From: Azolla caroliniana
Lineage: Eukaryota > Plantae > Polypodiophyta
DNA length: 64,000 bases
Assembly: GCA_043228905.1 (NCBI GenBank)
Contig: JBHGNT010000021.1
Location: 10,292,001 to 10,356,000 of the forward strand
Direction of reading: 5' to 3'
Shown here in pieces: positions 27,045-41,189 of the stretch. Within the stretch, counting starts at the first letter, position 1, and each line of letters begins with the position of its first letter. A model generated the notes under the pieces. That model had not been told where the DNA came from and made no database searches. It saw only the letters and a list, made by a program, of their open reading frames with translations. The position numbers and the translations under genes were made by a program.

Positions 27045-30000
27045 TTTTATTTTTTTTGGTGAAAACACACAATTATATTAATAAATGTGTGTGAAAAACA
27101 CTACTTACAATACGTGTGACAATGGAGTATGGTCACACACTAACCACACTACACTACATGGGTAGTGGAACATGTTGAATTGCCAATAGGCAAGACGAAC
27201 ACTGCACCGAGGAAAGAATTTCCACTTGTTCCAATAAAGAAAATTGCCACATTAGTACTCCCTTCAACTTTCGTAGATATGCTTTCACTCCATGTCTACC
27301 ATCGAATACAAAAGCATTGCGCATGTTCTAATTATGATGCAATCCCCAATATCTCAGAAATAGGAAAACAATCTCCATCTCTGATTTTGGGTCAGCCTGT
27401 GTAAATTGTGCAAACACCCATTGTCTAGGTGTCAAATAACTCCGTGATAAAACTTGCCAAATTTGAGAAATGTAACTCCAAATTTGACAAGCAATTGGAC
27501 ATTGGATAAATCGATGAGTACTATCTTCTATCTGAACTGTGCAAAAGAAGTAGGTACCCGTTGCTAGTCCACGATGCTTTAAAGCTAATCCCAAAGGCAA
27601 TCCTCCGATCGAAACTCTCCAAATGAATACCTTTGCAACAAGTGGCAATTTAGAAAGCCAACTACGTTGTAAGATCTACCACCACCCATGATCAGATTTG
27701 TGTATTTTCCATTCTTCTTCAACCTTAGATGATAACCATCCAAGAGACTCAACGGAACAATGATACAAAAGATTAGTAGTCACTTGTAACAATGGTGTTT
27801 GACCCCTTAAACTCCAATCAATCCACGGTTGTTCTCCTATTTGTAGAGGTAAGGGACCTTGCATCAATGCAATATTTTGTAGTTGTTGCCAAATAAACCC
27901 ATAATTAGGCAGGATGCGTAATAATTGTCGTGCTTCAGTAAACTCCAAAATTCTTTGAGATGGAACTTCAACTATATCTCCCACCTCTTTGACCCCCAAA
28001 TGAAACAAACGATTAAATTGAGAATGCAATCTCTCCTTTCCTGGCCAACATAATAACCGAGAAGACACAAGTAACTCTTTTTGCAAAGAGTTACAATGCT
28101 CTCTACTAGATGATGGTTTCCATACACATAACAAGAGTGCTTCTTGCCATGAGGTAACTAAGTGTTGAACACATGAAGAACCCGGAATCCTAAGTGAAAT
28201 ACATCCATTCAGTAATTGCCACCATGAAGCCTTAATCGTTGTCCTCCCATGTGTTAAACCCTTGTTCTCAATGAAATATTGAACAATAGATATCCATGGT
28301 TATGAGTTTGAACACATGTCTTGTAATAATGAAAATCTACGAGCCATCATATGCATAGATAAGTTCAATATTCCAACCCCCCCTAATTGCTTAGGGGTTG
28401 CTAGATGATTCCAAGCAATCCATGTGATTCCCATCTTATCCCTCTTCTTCCACAACAAATATTGAAGAGATTGCAAAACAGAATTCAACGCCTTCTTTGT
28501 CCATGGCAATAATGGCAAGTAATATAATATCATGGGTTCCATAATACATTGTACAACCTTCAAGCGAACATGAAATGGCCAAGATAGTGACTTCCAATAC
28601 ATGAACTTATCCCTCAACTTACTAGACATCCATTCAATCAATTGACCATTTGTAACATTCATTCCTGATGGATAGCCCAAGTGTCGAAAAATAGAGCCTT
28701 TCTTCACCACGGATCCTTGTCATCCTAAACATTCCAAATCCCTTTCAGTGCATGATATGAGACTACACTTCCTCCAATTAATATGTAATCCGGAAGCCAA
28801 TGCAAACGGATTCCATACAAGCATCCCCTTCTCAAGATTCTCTCGTGAGGCTTGTAAAAACATGAAAGAATCATCCGCCAAAGCTTGTGCTACTATTTGC
28901 CCTCCAGACGGAAGGTGTAAACCCACAATGTCACCATTTATTGCAAGTCTTGATAGCATCACTAACAAAGGATGAGTAACAATAGCAAACAACAATGGGC
29001 TAAGAGGGCATCCTTGACGAACGGATCTTGTGAGGGCAATATCTGATGTAACTCCCCCATTAAGCATTACTCAAGATACTGCATCTTGTCCTAATAAAAA
29101 TATGCGGCGAGACATACGAGGTCCAAAGCCCATTGTATGCATTAACCTAGAAACAAAAGACCAATTAAAATGATCATAAGCTTTCTCCAAATCTAATTGC
29201 ACCATAATCAATTCTTGATGAGTGTTCCGAGCATAATCCATGACCATTTGAACATTCAACACATTATGCAATATATTTCCAACTTCATTTGTCAAGCCAT
29301 CCCAACTAGGGCTCTTACCACTAGGAAGATGCCTTAAAACTACATCCACCTCATCCTCAGTGAAATCTGCATCCAATTCATGACTAATGAGATCATGCAC
29401 AATACATCCAACCACATCATAAAACTCATGACATGCTCTACTCACCTCATCTGTCATTAACAATTGTGGACCAATCAACTCCTTAAAGTAATGAAGTCAT
29501 ATGTCAATTATTGTTGTAGGATCCACTATCAATTCATCCCCTTGCTTCACATGTACCACATTAGATCGAACATAAGTAGGATGTAATGCTTGGAAAAACA
29601 AATGAGATTGACATTGATTATCGATGAGTCCTTCCTTGAGTTGTCGCATCTTAGCATAACGATAACTTTGGCATTGCAATTGAGAAATAATAACATGCAA
29701 TTGACTCTGAATATCCAAAGACTCCTCATCTAATGGTGTATGTATCAATAATGCATTACACCTAGAGAGAACTTGTGAGAATTGTCGAATAAGACCTCTT
29801 CTTCGTTGAGCATTGGTTACTCCATACATACGATGAATGATGTTAATGTTTTGTAATGTGATTTCCCATGCTTTAACTCCTTTAAGATTCACTTGTTGAG
29901 AAAAATTTACCAAACTTTGCTCCATGAGAGAATCAAAGTGAGGTTGAAGCAAAAGAGAAGAGTTAAAGCGTAGTGGAGGCTTTCCAAGTAAAGATTTATA

Positions 30001-32512
30001 CATGTCAATTGCATGATTACACACCTCCAAGAAAATAGGAAAGTGATCTGAAGTTCCAACATCTTGTAGAACGTTCATACGAAGTGATGTCGGCAAAAAA
30101 GAATCATCATGCATCACATACATTCTATCTAACCGACTCCATGTTTGTCTATGTTGAGCAGATTGGAAGGTAAAACCTGGATCATTCCCTTGCAACCATG
30201 TCCAAACATCCAACTTCAGAACCTCCATAGCCAATGAGTCCCAAGCAAGTTGCTCAAGATCATCCATGATTGAATGTTCAGACGTGGATTGAAATGCGTC
30301 AACACACAAGTTAAAATCGCCCATAAGTAATCCTGGACGTCCAATAGATAGGGTTTGAAGTAGTGAACCCCATAATGCAATACGTTGAGTGGCTTGGTTA
30401 GGGGCATAAATCCCAACCACCCACACAACCTCGCCAAAAAAAGTGATTTCTAGAACCAAAAACCGACCATAAGGATCATTATGCACCACTTGAGGATAAT
30501 ACTTATCCCTCACGATTAATACCACACCTGAATAATGATTATTAGGATGTCTTGCATAAAATGATGAATATCCACGCAAATGCATTGTGGATCCTGCTAG
30601 CTCATGTCACTTATGCTCAACTGCACATACTACATCCCATTCTCTACTTAACAAAGTTTCCCATAGTATATACTTCTTATGAGGAGAACATGCCCCTCTC
30701 ACATTCCATGTTACCACTTTCATTCAATCAACAATGTTATGGGAGAACTTGCTCCTTTAGAGCAACCAATGTCATGAAACTAGTCAAAGCATGCTCCAAT
30801 GCTGCATATGGATTTTCATGCACCACATCCTTAGGGTTGTCTATCGAAATCTTTTTTTTAGGTCCTCCCGCTTGACATAAACCTCGAGAATTCGATGAAT
30901 TTACAACTCGTCCCAATGAATCAAATTGAAGGTGAAGGGGTAATCCCTTATCCCTAGATTGTCGTTGCCAAGGAACTTTTCGAGGGCCCTCCCTAGTTCA
31001 TTGATTTCCCTTTCGACTTGCCCTTAACCTCATGCCAATCTTTGTCAACAACATCACTACTAGCTCTATCCAACGATTTTTTTCCCTTATCTTAAACCAC
31101 TAAACTTTGTTTTTCCATATCTATAGATTCAATTCCCTTATTCTTAGGGCCCAAACCTTGAAGTCAGAACTCTTATAACCTGCTCTAGGTGATGTTCCTT
31201 CATCCACAAAATTTGACACACCAACATCTCTCCCAACTCCTTCCTTATCGTTCCCTTCCATAGGAACCTTTGTAGTTGAAGGACAATGACCATGGCATTC
31301 CGCCATAAAGTGACCCCATTCACCACATCCAAAACAATGACCTGCAAATGTCTCCCACTTCAGTTGAAAACAAAGACTTCTCATACCAAGATCATTCATA
31401 TGCACCCATCCTGGCCTCTTGTGATTGTATCCCATAACACACAAAATCTGCACTTATTTGTAGCATTTGCATGTGGAGATACCAACACTTTACCCATTTG
31501 ACTCATCAACTCTAGTAAAAGTGGCCATAAAAAAGCATTCTTACAATCCACTATAACCCAAACAGGACATTCTTGTTTTAACAAAGCATGATAGTCCACT
31601 ACGGGGGACCATTGCATAACATGCACCAATCGTTTATCAAAAAACACAGGAACTTTACCCAACAATGCAGTTCGATGCTCCCGTGAACGAAATACCACAT
31701 CATAAAACCCTCGTGGTCTCGTATATATATTTTCAACACAATTTGGTGACACGATTGTGTTCAACCATTGTTTAATCCAATTAACATATGGGAGTTTGCC
31801 GATAAAAAATAATATAACAGCACGATCATAGAATACATCAAATGATTGCAAAACTGCCTTAGCATCAACTTCCACATCATGCACATCCTCTTCAATGCAT
31901 TCTTTCATTGCATTTTCATTTTCTTCCACAATATCCGACAATAAGGTATTGGCAATTCCCCATAAATTATCCCAATTATAGTGATCCTTGTCAACTTCAT
32001 CTACATGTATTATTTCGGCATATGTTAATTTTTTCTCATTAATTTCTTCAATTCCCTTAAACCTCTTAGAGCTTCCAATGTCTTCCCTTTCATGATTATA
32101 TTCAACCATCACATTACTCTTTTTTGGATCGATTGTTTCCATATCAATATCCCCCACATTTTGTGAGGAATTCATGTTTATGTCCATCATTATATCGATC
32201 CGGGATAAAAACAATTTTCCATGAACAAGAAAGAAAATCAGAACTCACCCGATTGAAGAGGTCGAAGATTTTGAAAGCAATCAAAGACCCACAATGAGTT
32301 TTGAGTATGTGGATTCCGACAACACAAGATTCCTTATTGCTATCGTTGCTTCTCGTACAAACCGCCAAATTCAACTTGCTATATCTTGTTGTGAAGCTCT
32401 ACTCAAGGGCTTTCCAACGCATGTCTTTGTGCTCAATTCCGTTACCGATAGAGAGCGCAACAATACAAACAAATTCACTTCTTCTTCCCTTCTCCACTCT
32501 TGCGTTTTTTCT

Positions 32513-32514
<2 letters not shown>
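27041..32514 (-). mobile_element. Near full-length decayed L1-clade LINE
   Basis: T-rich tail (polyA on the minus strand) at 27041. zf-RVT 27328-27648, RT (QLDLEKAYD, SVRQGCPLSP, LADDS) 28720-29478, APE endonuclease (GIYAPN, MGDFN, SRLDR, SDHFPI) 29497-30585, ORF1 DUF4283-like 31396-32214 plus CFGCGEWGHFMAEC knuckle. Confidence 0.92.
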
Positions 32515-32563
<49 letters not shown>

Positions 32564-32573
32564 CTTACATTGT

Positions 32574-32674
32574 TGTGAAAAATCCGTCATTACGTGCGGA
32601 TCATGAGGCGGAACCGCCGGGGTTATGGAACGGATGGATTCCAAGTTTGCACTAGATTTAGCGAGAAAGGATTT

Positions 32675-32719
<45 letters not shown>

Positions 32720-33222
32720 AGATTAAGATTCCAATTTTGAAATAGATTGAGAAAGATTGAAATGGAGAGAGAGATTAAGATTGAACTCCTAACTTTAGAT
32801 TTGAAGAACAAGATATATCATCAACTGGATAACAAATTTTCTTCTTATTAAATTCATGATTCATACATCACCCCCTTTGATCTTTTTTATCCCCTCTTTT
32901 ATAGATGCCCCCATGCATATGATGCATGTGAGGGTACAAGACATGCATACAAGGCATGGAATGCATGTGATGCATGTTTGCCATTTGGCGCTCATGCATT
33001 ACATGTGATGCATGATAACCATGTCACTCATTCAAGCTCTAATATGAGAATTTACATGTGAAACTATAATGGTAGGAAAAACATTCCCAAGGAAATGACT
33101 TGGCTTAGTGGTAAGTTTATTGCCTCCTATCTTGGAGGTGTAGGGTTCAAGCCTTGCTTACATCCCTTTGCATACAAATTCTTACTAGGTTTTTTAGTCT
33201 AGATGATTTTGTTCGTTTCACA
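32574..33222. mobile_element. Solo LTR-like element related to 21343-22141
   Basis: Inverted termini TGTGAAA...TTTCACA, shared CATGCATG-rich block, (GA)n. No TSD seen. Confidence 0.6.
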
Positions 33223-33289
33223 CTGAAATCATCGTGATCAACTTATACGATCGATCTGTCTATTCGGTCCATCCGGTCCGCATCTGACC

Positions 33290-33545
33290 CGGTGATTTGG
33301 TCTATCCGGTCTGGTTCCGGTGTTGGTCTCGGTTTGGTCATTGTCCCTGTCCAGTGCTGGTGTCGGTGCCGGTCCCAGCTTGGTCATCGTCCCCATCCAG
33401 TTTTGGTGCCGGTGCTGGTCCCGGTTTGGCGTCATCCGCCAGTCTAGTTTTGTCAGTGTCCGTCTGTTCCGATTCCGGTCCCGGTTTGGTGTCGTTCGCC
33501 GGTCCAGTTCCGGTTCCGGTTCCGTCGCCGTCTGTCCGGTCCCAT
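33290..33545. repeat. Degenerate CCGGT-rich short tandem repeat
   Basis: Recurrent TCCGGT/CCCGGTTTGG units. Probably from a retrotransposon UTR or LTR. Confidence 0.6.
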
Positions 33546-34012
33546 CCTCCAAAACTATTACGAATAGTTAAAAGTTTAGCCCAAGAACATTCGATGCTCC
33601 ACAAATAGAAAAAAAACTAATAAGTTCTGGCTATGCTTATATACTATGGGATCCTGATTTCACCTATCTATGTGGGATATCTCATAGTTTTATTTTTCTC
33701 TTCTTCTTCTCAAACTTCACATTCACATAGCTTGACATTTAGTGGTCTGTTTCAAATGTAGTAAAGTACATTCGAAAGCTCTTGAAGACATCCATCTTTT
33801 CGTACCAAGATATTAAACTAATCTAAAATAGTATCTTTACTATTATTGTTTCATATTGTGTGTGAAGAACCACACTCGATTTTGTATGTTCCTCGCAATT
33901 TTCACACCATTGCCGAAAATCCTCACGACAACGTGCACACACACATAGTCATCTTCCACTACACTAAATCTCTCTCGATTCATAACACTCGTTTTAAAAT
34001 TGCAAATGCCTT

Positions 34013-37000
34013 AGTTGGGAATTTGGTCCCTCGAGATGAAAACCGGACAAGCCGAAGAAAAGAACCAAACCGGATGGATCTTGAAGATATCTGGAAACCG
34101 GATCGGATGGATTTGGTTGGTATTCGGCCCGACATTAGTTTATGTAGGTGTTCCGATGTGACTGTTTCAGGTCATATTTGTAAATAACCCTAAAGTTATA
34201 TGACTATAAATATAACTAGGGCAATAGTGTTCATTATGATGTAGATCATCATTATAGTGGTTATTATTGTTGTATAGACAGAGAGAGACAGAGAGAGTGA
34301 GAGAGAGAAATAGAAAGTTGTTTTATGTTCTAACCGCCGATCAGCGAAGACATAGAGCTCGAGGTCGTTGCCTCTGAGTCTCTCATTATATCCTTCCTCT
34401 CATAGTGATAGTTGGAGTATGTGGGCTCCCATGGTTTTTCCCAATTACGGTTTTCCACAGTAACTTTCAGTGTCATCTTATTCTGTGTAAGTGCATTAAT
34501 CTTCATTTCTGTTTCGTTTCTTCCATCATGAGTTTAAGACTCAGTTGTGGCCGAGCACTATTCCTCACAACCTGGTATCAAAGCATGGAAGACCCATTCG
34601 GTGGCATGTTCAACCTCACCGGCTTGTGGATGTTGAAGATGAGGGACATGTTGGTGATCAAAGACCTCTGGCTGTCGGTACAATTCGGAGACAAAAGACC
34701 AGATAAAATCAATGCCGCGAACTGGGAGGCGATGCACATGAACAAGACGGCATACATCCGGTGCTTCATCGACATGAGCCTGTACAACATCATCAACGAA
34801 GATAGTAAGGCTCATGTGCTCTAGAAGACCCCGATACCAAGACGGATCTAGCATGCCAGAGCACATGAATACATTCTAGGGGCTGATAAACCAAAAAACC
34901 TCGTTGGAAGTACCTCTAGCCGACGGGGTACTTGTGTTGTTGCTGCTCGGTTCCCTCCTGGATAGTTGGGAGACGCTAGTTGTCACTTTGGGCAATGCAA
35001 GGCCGGAAGGAAAACACCTATCTCTAGCAAGGGTAAAATCAAGCTTACTGGATGAAGAAGCTCGCCGGAAGGACTGAGAATCCGGAACCGATCCGAAGGC
35101 CTTGGTCATGGAAGATGACCATAACCAGGGAAGAGGCCGGTATCGGAGTCCCCAGAACCAGGTTGAAGTCAAGGGGGAGTCCCACTTGCTTTTATTGCGG
35201 AAAGCTAGGGAACTTTCAAAAGAATTGTTGGCACTACCAGAAGGAGAAAGGAACCAACAATGCTGACTCGAAGAAGGGTCCGGATCAGAGGAGTTCGGAT
35301 CGGAAAGGAACGATGGAAATCGCGACAAGTGAAGAACAGTTGCTTATCACAGAGGAGGACAAGCAACACCTTGTCAGCTACGAAATGACATGGGTGGTCG
35401 ACTTTGGAGCATCGTTCCACCTGACCCCTGACCGGAAGTGTTTCTCATCCTATACAGCCTAAGATCACGGTTCTGTCCTGATGGGAAATGAAGGTGCATG
35501 CCGAATTATCAACATAGGAGACGTGTGGTTAACGACGTCAACCAGGTGCAAGTTGTTGTTGAAAGATGTACGACACGTTCCGGAGGTTCGGTTAAACTTA
35601 ATATCAGTCAGTCGGCTAGATGATGAAGGCTACACGGGTAACATCCTAAACAAAGTGATGAAGTTTTTCAAAGGAAGCTTGATCGTGGCTCGAGCTCGAA
35701 AGATAAACACATTGTACCCAATGCATGCCCGGATATGCCGGGAAGAAGTGAATGTGGCATCTCAAAATGTCGGTGAGCTATGGTACAAAAGTTTGTGCCA
35801 CATGAACAAGAAGGGGATGCAATGACTTGCCGAAGACAACCTTATTCTAGAGGTGAAAGATGTGCAGCTTGAGAAGTGCACCGACTGTTTGGCCAGCAAG
35901 CAGAACTGAACCTCCTTCCAAACCCAACCACCGTTAAGACAGAATGCACCACTAGAACTTGTGCATACCGATGTATGCCAAGTGGACACGAAGTCACATG
36001 CCGGATCATAGTACTTCGAGACATTCATAGATGACCACAATCGGAAGTTGTTGGTCTCACCGATGAAGATGAAGGATCGGGTACTATCTATCTTCAAGGA
36101 ATTCCATGCGAGTGTGGAAAGGGAAACTAGCCAGAAGCTGAAAGCGGTTTGAGCAAACAACAAAAGAGAATACTCGTGGCAGTTCAAGGAGTACTACATG
36201 TCAATGGGAATCCGGCTCGAATCGTGCCAAAGACATCGAAGCTTAATGGATTGGCCGAAAGGATGAACCAGACTGTGATGGATAGAGTCCAGAGCATGCT
36301 GGCACATGCTAGGTTATCCCAGATGTTTTGGGTTGAGGCATTGATGACAATGACCTATGTCATAAACAGATCACCCTTAGCGCCCTTGGACGGAGACACA
36401 CCACAGAGAGTATGGACCGGTAAAGACGTGTCTTACAGGCATCTGAAGGTGTTCGGCTACCTTGCCTACGTGCATGTTGCCAAAGACAAGAGAGAGAAAT
36501 TGGATCCAAAGTCTCGACCATGCATATTCCTTGGATACGATGATGATGAGTTTGGCTACTAAGTGTGGGACTTGGTTGACAAGAAGGTGTTCCGGAGTCG
36601 AGACGTAATCTTCATGGAAGACAAGACCATTGCCAACTAGGAGTCGAAGAAGAAGATAGTGGACTCCGGATCAACCGATAGAAATCGGTTGGAAGATGCA
36701 AGGATACATCCGGTCGGAAACCGGATGTCTATCGAAGATCATGATGAACCGGACGGATTCGGACAAAGAACCGATCCGACCGAATAAGAATTGGAAACCA
36801 GAACCGGACAAGATCTCGAATCGGATTCAGATGCAGAACAAACAGAGGAACCGGTAGTCAGGAACCAAGGACGGAGATACCCTCTAAGAGAGAGAAGGGC
36901 CCCCTTGAGATGTCCGGATGCAGACCATGTCTTATTGACCGACGAGGTGGAGCCGGAAAGCTTCGGAGAAGCAAAGGAAGACACCCACAGCCGCAAGTGG

Positions 37001-39080
37001 TGAAGTGCCATGTAGGATGAGATGGTTTCCCTGCATTAGACCTACACATATGAATTGACGGAGCTATCGAAAGGAAAGAGAGCGCTCCGAAACAAGTGGG
37101 TGTACAAACTAAAACCGAGAGACGCCAAAAATCCACCAAGGTATAAAGCCTGCATCATGGTGAAGGGCTTCCAGCAGAAAAAGGGAGTGGATTTCGACGA
37201 GATCTTTGCCCCGGTAGTCAAGATGACATCCATCTGGACATTGTTGAGCATAGCGGCAAGCATGGACCTCGAGGTAGAACAACTAGATGTGAAAACGGTG
37301 TTCCTTCATGGAGACCTCGAGGAGGAGATCTACATGTAGCAACTGGAAGGATTTGTCAAGAAAGGGAAGGAGCACCTAGTGTGCTGGTTGAAGAAGAGCT
37401 TATACGGACTGAAGCAAGCTCTGGCAATGGTACCAGAAGTTTGACTCCATGACCAACCAAGGATACTACAAGATGCAGGCCGACCACTACGTGTTTGTGA
37501 AGAATTTCAATAGAGGCGATTTCTTGATCGTCGAATGACACTGGATCAAAATCAAAATGTTGGAGAAGGCCCTGAGTTGGTCCTTCTAAATGAAAGATAT
37601 GGGTCCGGCAAGAGAGATCCTAGGGATGCACATAATCCGGGACTGGATGAAGAAGCTTTTGTAGTTGTCACAAGAGAAGTGCATGACAAAGGTGCTTCAG
37701 AAGTTCAACATGTTGGATGCAAAGCCAGTCGGATCGACACTTCTGATAAATTGCAAACTGTCCAAAAAGCAAATTCAGAAGACCAAGACGGAGAAGTCAG
37801 AGATGATGAAGATACTATATGCGTCTGCCGTCGGAAGCTTAATGTACGCAATGGTATGTACCCGGCCAGATATCGGATACACTGTCGGAGTAGTCAGCCG
37901 TTTATGAGCAATCCGGGAAAGAAGCATCGGGTTGTCATCAAGTGGATACTCCAGTACCTAAAAGGCACCTCCAGCATGTGCCTCCAATTCGGCTCAAGTA
38001 AAACCCCAACTTCAAGCATTCACAGATTCGGATATGTCGGCTGATATGGATACCAATGTGTCTACATCCAGATATGTCGTGTCACATGCAGGGGGAGCCG
38101 TATCGTGGCAGTTGAGGCTGCAGAAGTCTGTTGCGCTGTCGACAACGGAAGAAGAGCATATGGCAGTCGTGGAAGTTGGCAAAGAGGTAATCTGGATGAA
38201 GGACTTCATCAGAGAGCTAGGGATCCAGTAGGAGGAATTCTGGCTCTACTGCGACAGTCAAAGTGCCATCCACCTTGCGAAGAACGCAGCCTATCACTCC
38301 TAGACAAAGCACATCTAGAGGAGATATCACTAGCTCCGAGAGAAGGTAGAAGATAAAGAGTTTTCGTTGACAAAGATCCATACGGCGGAGAACGGGTCAG
38401 ACATGTTGACTAAGGTGTTGTCAGCTAACAAGCTGGACACTTGCAGGAGACGGATTGAACTGACAACACATCCCATGCCAGAGTGAAGGGGGAGTTTGTT
38501 GGGAATTCAGTCCCTCTAGATGCGATCCGAATGAGAACCAAAGGACCCGAATCAGACAAGCCGAAGAAAAGAACCAAACCCAATGGATTCGAAAGATATT
38601 CGGAAACCGGATCGGATGGATCTGGTTGGTATCCTCCTAGACATTAGTTTATGTCTATGTTCCGATGTGACTGTTTCAAGTCATATTTGTAAATAACCCT
38701 AAAGGTATATGAGTATAAATATAACTAGGGTAACAATGTTCATTATGTTGTAGATCATCATTATAGTGGTTATTATTGTTGTATAGACAGATAGAGACAA
38801 AGAGAGCGAGAGAGAGAGAAACAGAAAACATTTTTCTGTTGTAACTGTTGGTCCGTAAAGACATAGAGCTCGAGGTCATTGCCTCTGAGTCTTGCATTGT
38901 ATCCTTGCTCTCATAGTGATAGTTGGAGTCTGTGGGCTCCCGTGGTTTTTCCTGATTAGGGTTTTGCACCGTAACTTTCTGTGTCGTCTTATTCTGTGTA
39001 AGTGCATTAATCTTCATTTCTGTTTCGTTTCTTCCATCGTGAGTTTAAGACTCGGTTGTGCCCGAGCACTATTCCACACA
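34013..39080 (+). mobile_element. Full-length decayed Ty1/Copia (Tnt1/Tork-like)
   Basis: LTRs 34013-34569 and 38497-39080, PBS TGGTATCAAAGC at 34573, PPT GAAGGGGGAG before 38497, flanks share CCTT. Motifs CFYCGKLGNFQKNC, WVVDFGASFH, NGLAERMN, KGFQQKKGVDFDEIFAPVVKM. Confidence 0.92.
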
Positions 39081-39120
39081 CCTTTGCACTCCATATGAAT
39101 GGTTTATTTTTGTGTGTGAG

Positions 39121-41185
39121 TCAAGTGAGTGAAAGCACGACCTTAAAGTAATTTTTAATGAATTTCCGATAAAAAATTGCAAGCTTGAGAAAACATTGTA
39201 CATCACGCACTGAAAGGGGCATTTGCCAAACTAAAATTGTTTGAACCTTCATCGGGTCCATAGAGATATCAGTTGATGATACAACATACACTAAAAAATC
39301 CACTTAATTCTAGCCGAAACGACACTTTTCTAATTTTGCATAGAGACCATATTCTCGTAGTCGACATAATACCTAACGAACATGTTTATCATGCTCCTCT
39401 TCGGTTTCCAAGTAGATCAAAATGTCATCTAGGTAAACTATAGTGAAGATATCAAGAAAATCTCAAAAAAATAACATTTGCCATATGCTAGAAAACTGCA
39501 TATGCATTTGTGTGACCAAATGGCATCATGGTATACTTGAAATGTCCATAACAAGTGCGAAAAGAAGTCTTCCATTCATCCCTTGGACAAATCCGGACTA
39601 GATTATATGCACCACGAAGATCCAATTTTGTGACATAATTTGCTCCACTAAGACGTTCCAAAAGGTTCGAGATCAATGGTAGAGCATATCTATTCATATT
39701 AATCACTTTGTTCAACCCTCGATAATCCATGACCAACCGAAGAGACCCATTTTTCTTCTTAACGAAGAAGATAGGTGCACCAGTAGGGGATCTAGAATGT
39801 CGGATGAATCCATCTGCCAGGTTCTCATTAATATATTCCTACAATGTCTCTAGCTCTACAGGTGAGAGATTATAGATTGGCCCCCATGGCGGTTCTATCC
39901 CTGGTTGTAAGTCAATAGGGCAGTCGTATGGACTATGCTCTGGCAATGTATTTGCCTTCACCTTATCAAAGACGTCGGAGAACTCTTTGTCTTTTTCTGG
40001 TAATTAGATGTTTGACTCTTGTAAGATGGGTGATGGAGTTGATTGAGTTGCTACTATTGCAAATACGAACATGTCCTCATTCCCCCTTTCCTCTCATAAC
40101 TGATGGAGAGAGATGGTTGATAATTTATGGGATCTGTATCAAATGTCAAGGGTTGAGGGATGCGAGTTTTGTTCTTTTCTCTTGGGATTCCTCAATAGTT
40201 CTTTTCATCCAACCAATCTTCGGGTTATGTAGTTCAAACCAAGGGAGACATAGAACTAATGGGTGTTTTGGACTACGAATAATGTTGAAAGAGATTACGC
40301 TTGCCAAATTGCCAATAACTACACGAATTGGCTCGGACTCTTCGACTATATCACTTGATGCTATGGGATAGCCATCATTGACTTCTATGGCTACTAGGTT
40401 CGGGAGCTTATTCAAGAGGATGTTTTGTGTCAATGCAAACTCACGATCCATGAAACAAGAGTTGGCTCCAAAATCTAGGAGGGCGGAGGCTAGGACTCGA
40501 TGACTTGTAGATGTGCTAAGCTCAACTTGTGCAAAAAAAACTCTACTAACTTGATTTGATGAAATGGAACCACAACTAGGAATTAGCTCTACATATCTAG
40601 GATGGTATAACCAAATGGCTCCTATTTTGGCCGGACTTACTTGTTTAACACATCCTCTCATTGGCTCAAGACATCAAATCTATTCTCATGGCATGGACTA
40701 TTACGCTTACTGATGTTATTAGAAGTAATGATGGAGCTCGAAGTAGGGTTGTCATGAGCACTTACTTGGTATACTTGACGTCTAGGTTTATGCAGACAAT
40801 TCGCGGCTATATGTCCAGGACCCCCACAATATAGGCATAGACGGTGTGCTTGATGTCGTTGCTTCTCAGCATCTAATAAGGGCCCTCAACGTTGTGTTGA
40901 CTATATTTCCATTGGAGTTTGGTCATCCCTCGTAATGGGTCTAAAAACTTGTGGAGGCATTGCGACTACAAAAGCATGTGTTTGTTCAGGTTGGTAGCAT
41001 AGCATTTGTTGGCGCTCCGAACGTCACTCAAATAGGCGATTATCACATCACACAACTCAACTAATTGCCTCTGTAAGAGACTTTGGGTCTTCAAGGAAAG
41101 TAAGCAGAAGATCTTTGACATCATTACACAAACCTTGATGGAATTGATCCATTAAAGCCACCTCATCCCAAGGGATATCGCATGC
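39121..41185 (-). mobile_element. Gypsy (Tcn1-like chromovirus family) fragment: gag, protease, RT
   Basis: [19 protein letters not shown]...[13 protein letters not shown]...MPFG, YLDDIL. Homologous to 58960-63140. Confidence 0.85.
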
Positions 41186-41189
41186 ATTT

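Noticed and set aside
33095-33160. Functional tRNA gene (also 58890-58950, 22025-22085)
   Set aside because: Only A/B boxes and partial stems are present. I could not build a full cloverleaf with an acceptor stem and a 7-nt anticodon loop.
33238-33608. Overlapping repetitive ORFs on both strands
   Set aside because: By-products of a stop-poor CCGGT repeat, with no recognisable domain.
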